Shown: piece by piece, positions 63,242-64,000 of the stretch
Layout of the letters: each line of letters opens with the position of its first letter
How positions within the stretch are numbered: position 1 is the first letter of the stretch
Assembly: GCA_951406725.2 (NCBI GenBank)
Contig: OX597830.1
Span: 67,332,001-67,396,000 of the forward strand
Direction of reading: 5' to 3'
DNA from: Octopus vulgaris
Lineage: Eukaryota
DNA: 64,000 nt
Position numbers and translations under genes: made by a program
Notes under the pieces: model-generated
The model's input: only the letters and a program-made list of their open reading frames with translations
What the model was told of the DNA's origin: nothing
The model's database searches: none

Positions 63242-63880
63242 CTCATCATCATCATCATCATTACTGTTTAACGTCCATCCTCCTTGCTGCTATGGGTTTG
63301 ACGGAGTGACAGGAGCTGGCCATCCAAGAAGCTCTCCAGACTCCAATTGTCTGTTTTTACATGGTTTCTAGGGCTGGATGCCCTTCCTAACGCCAACCAC
63401 TTTGCAGAGTGTGCTGGGTGCACTTTACGTGCCACCGGCACGGGTTCATTTTACATGGCACTAGAACCTGTAAATCACATGCCTGTGTATATGGATGACC
63501 GGGATATTACTTAGCGTGGTACGTCTTTTCAAGTACAGCAGATCATCACAACTCCCGGTCCCTTGATATTTCCTCAGTGTAGCCCAGTGTCTGAAGATAC
63601 TTTCTCACCATTTCGTCCCATCGCATCTTTCCCCGTGTATTCCATCCACAAGTTCTCTCCACAATTAGGGATCAGCTCTTCTTTATGCAACCGTCCTCAT
63701 CCACACGCAACACATGACCAAACCAGCGCAGTCTCTTCTCTTGCTCACAACATCTGATGCCTCTTAAATCATATAGTTTTCCTCTTAAATCATATACACT
63801 CTGACATCCAGCGGAGCATTCTAGCTTCGTTTCTTTCAAGTGTTCGCAAGTCATCTGTTGTCATAGCTCATATTCCACCG
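63242..63880 (-). mobile_element. RTE-clade LINE 3' end with (GAT)n tail
   Basis: EKRLRWFGHVLR; UTR motif GGCTGGATGCCCTTCCTAACGCCAACC (+ strand). Confidence 0.75.
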
Positions 63881-64000
63881 CCAGTGGTTTCATTAAAATA
63901 AATCCAACAGTAATGGGGAATCTACAAAAAAAAAATTAACCTGAATATTGAAAAATGTTTCTGTCTTTAACTTTTTTGATGTACTACAATTTGCTGTTAA

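Overview
AT-rich, repeat-saturated animal genomic DNA. The SINE and LINE tails and the very long (TA)n tracts resemble octopus repeats, but that is my inference. No intact host gene is evident. Very long (TA)n/(TATG)n tracts separate a series of mostly 5'-truncated mobile elements: Penelope-like elements (PLEs) of three types (Neptune-like, Nematis-like, Naiad-like), CR1/L2-type LINEs, RTE and R4/Dong-type LINE fragments, three non-autonomous Helitron copies, tRNA-derived SINEs, a palindromic MITE and a decayed Chapaev-like transposase. A ~2.7-kb block is duplicated about 36 kb apart. Most notable: (1) two unrelated non-LTR elements, a PLE and a CR1/L2-type LINE, each have an in-phase U_UUU_UUA slippery heptamer in an ORF1/ORF2 overlap, and ORF2 lacks an upstream AUG, suggesting programmed -1 frameshifting; (2) about 12 hammerhead ribozyme (HHR) motifs mark PLE termini, including a U3-A8 compensatory core variant; (3) an element with HHR-associated terminal direct repeats and PLE-like architecture carries a gag-type zinc-knuckle ORF instead of RT. 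Coordinates and alignments were read by eye, and clade names are motif-based.
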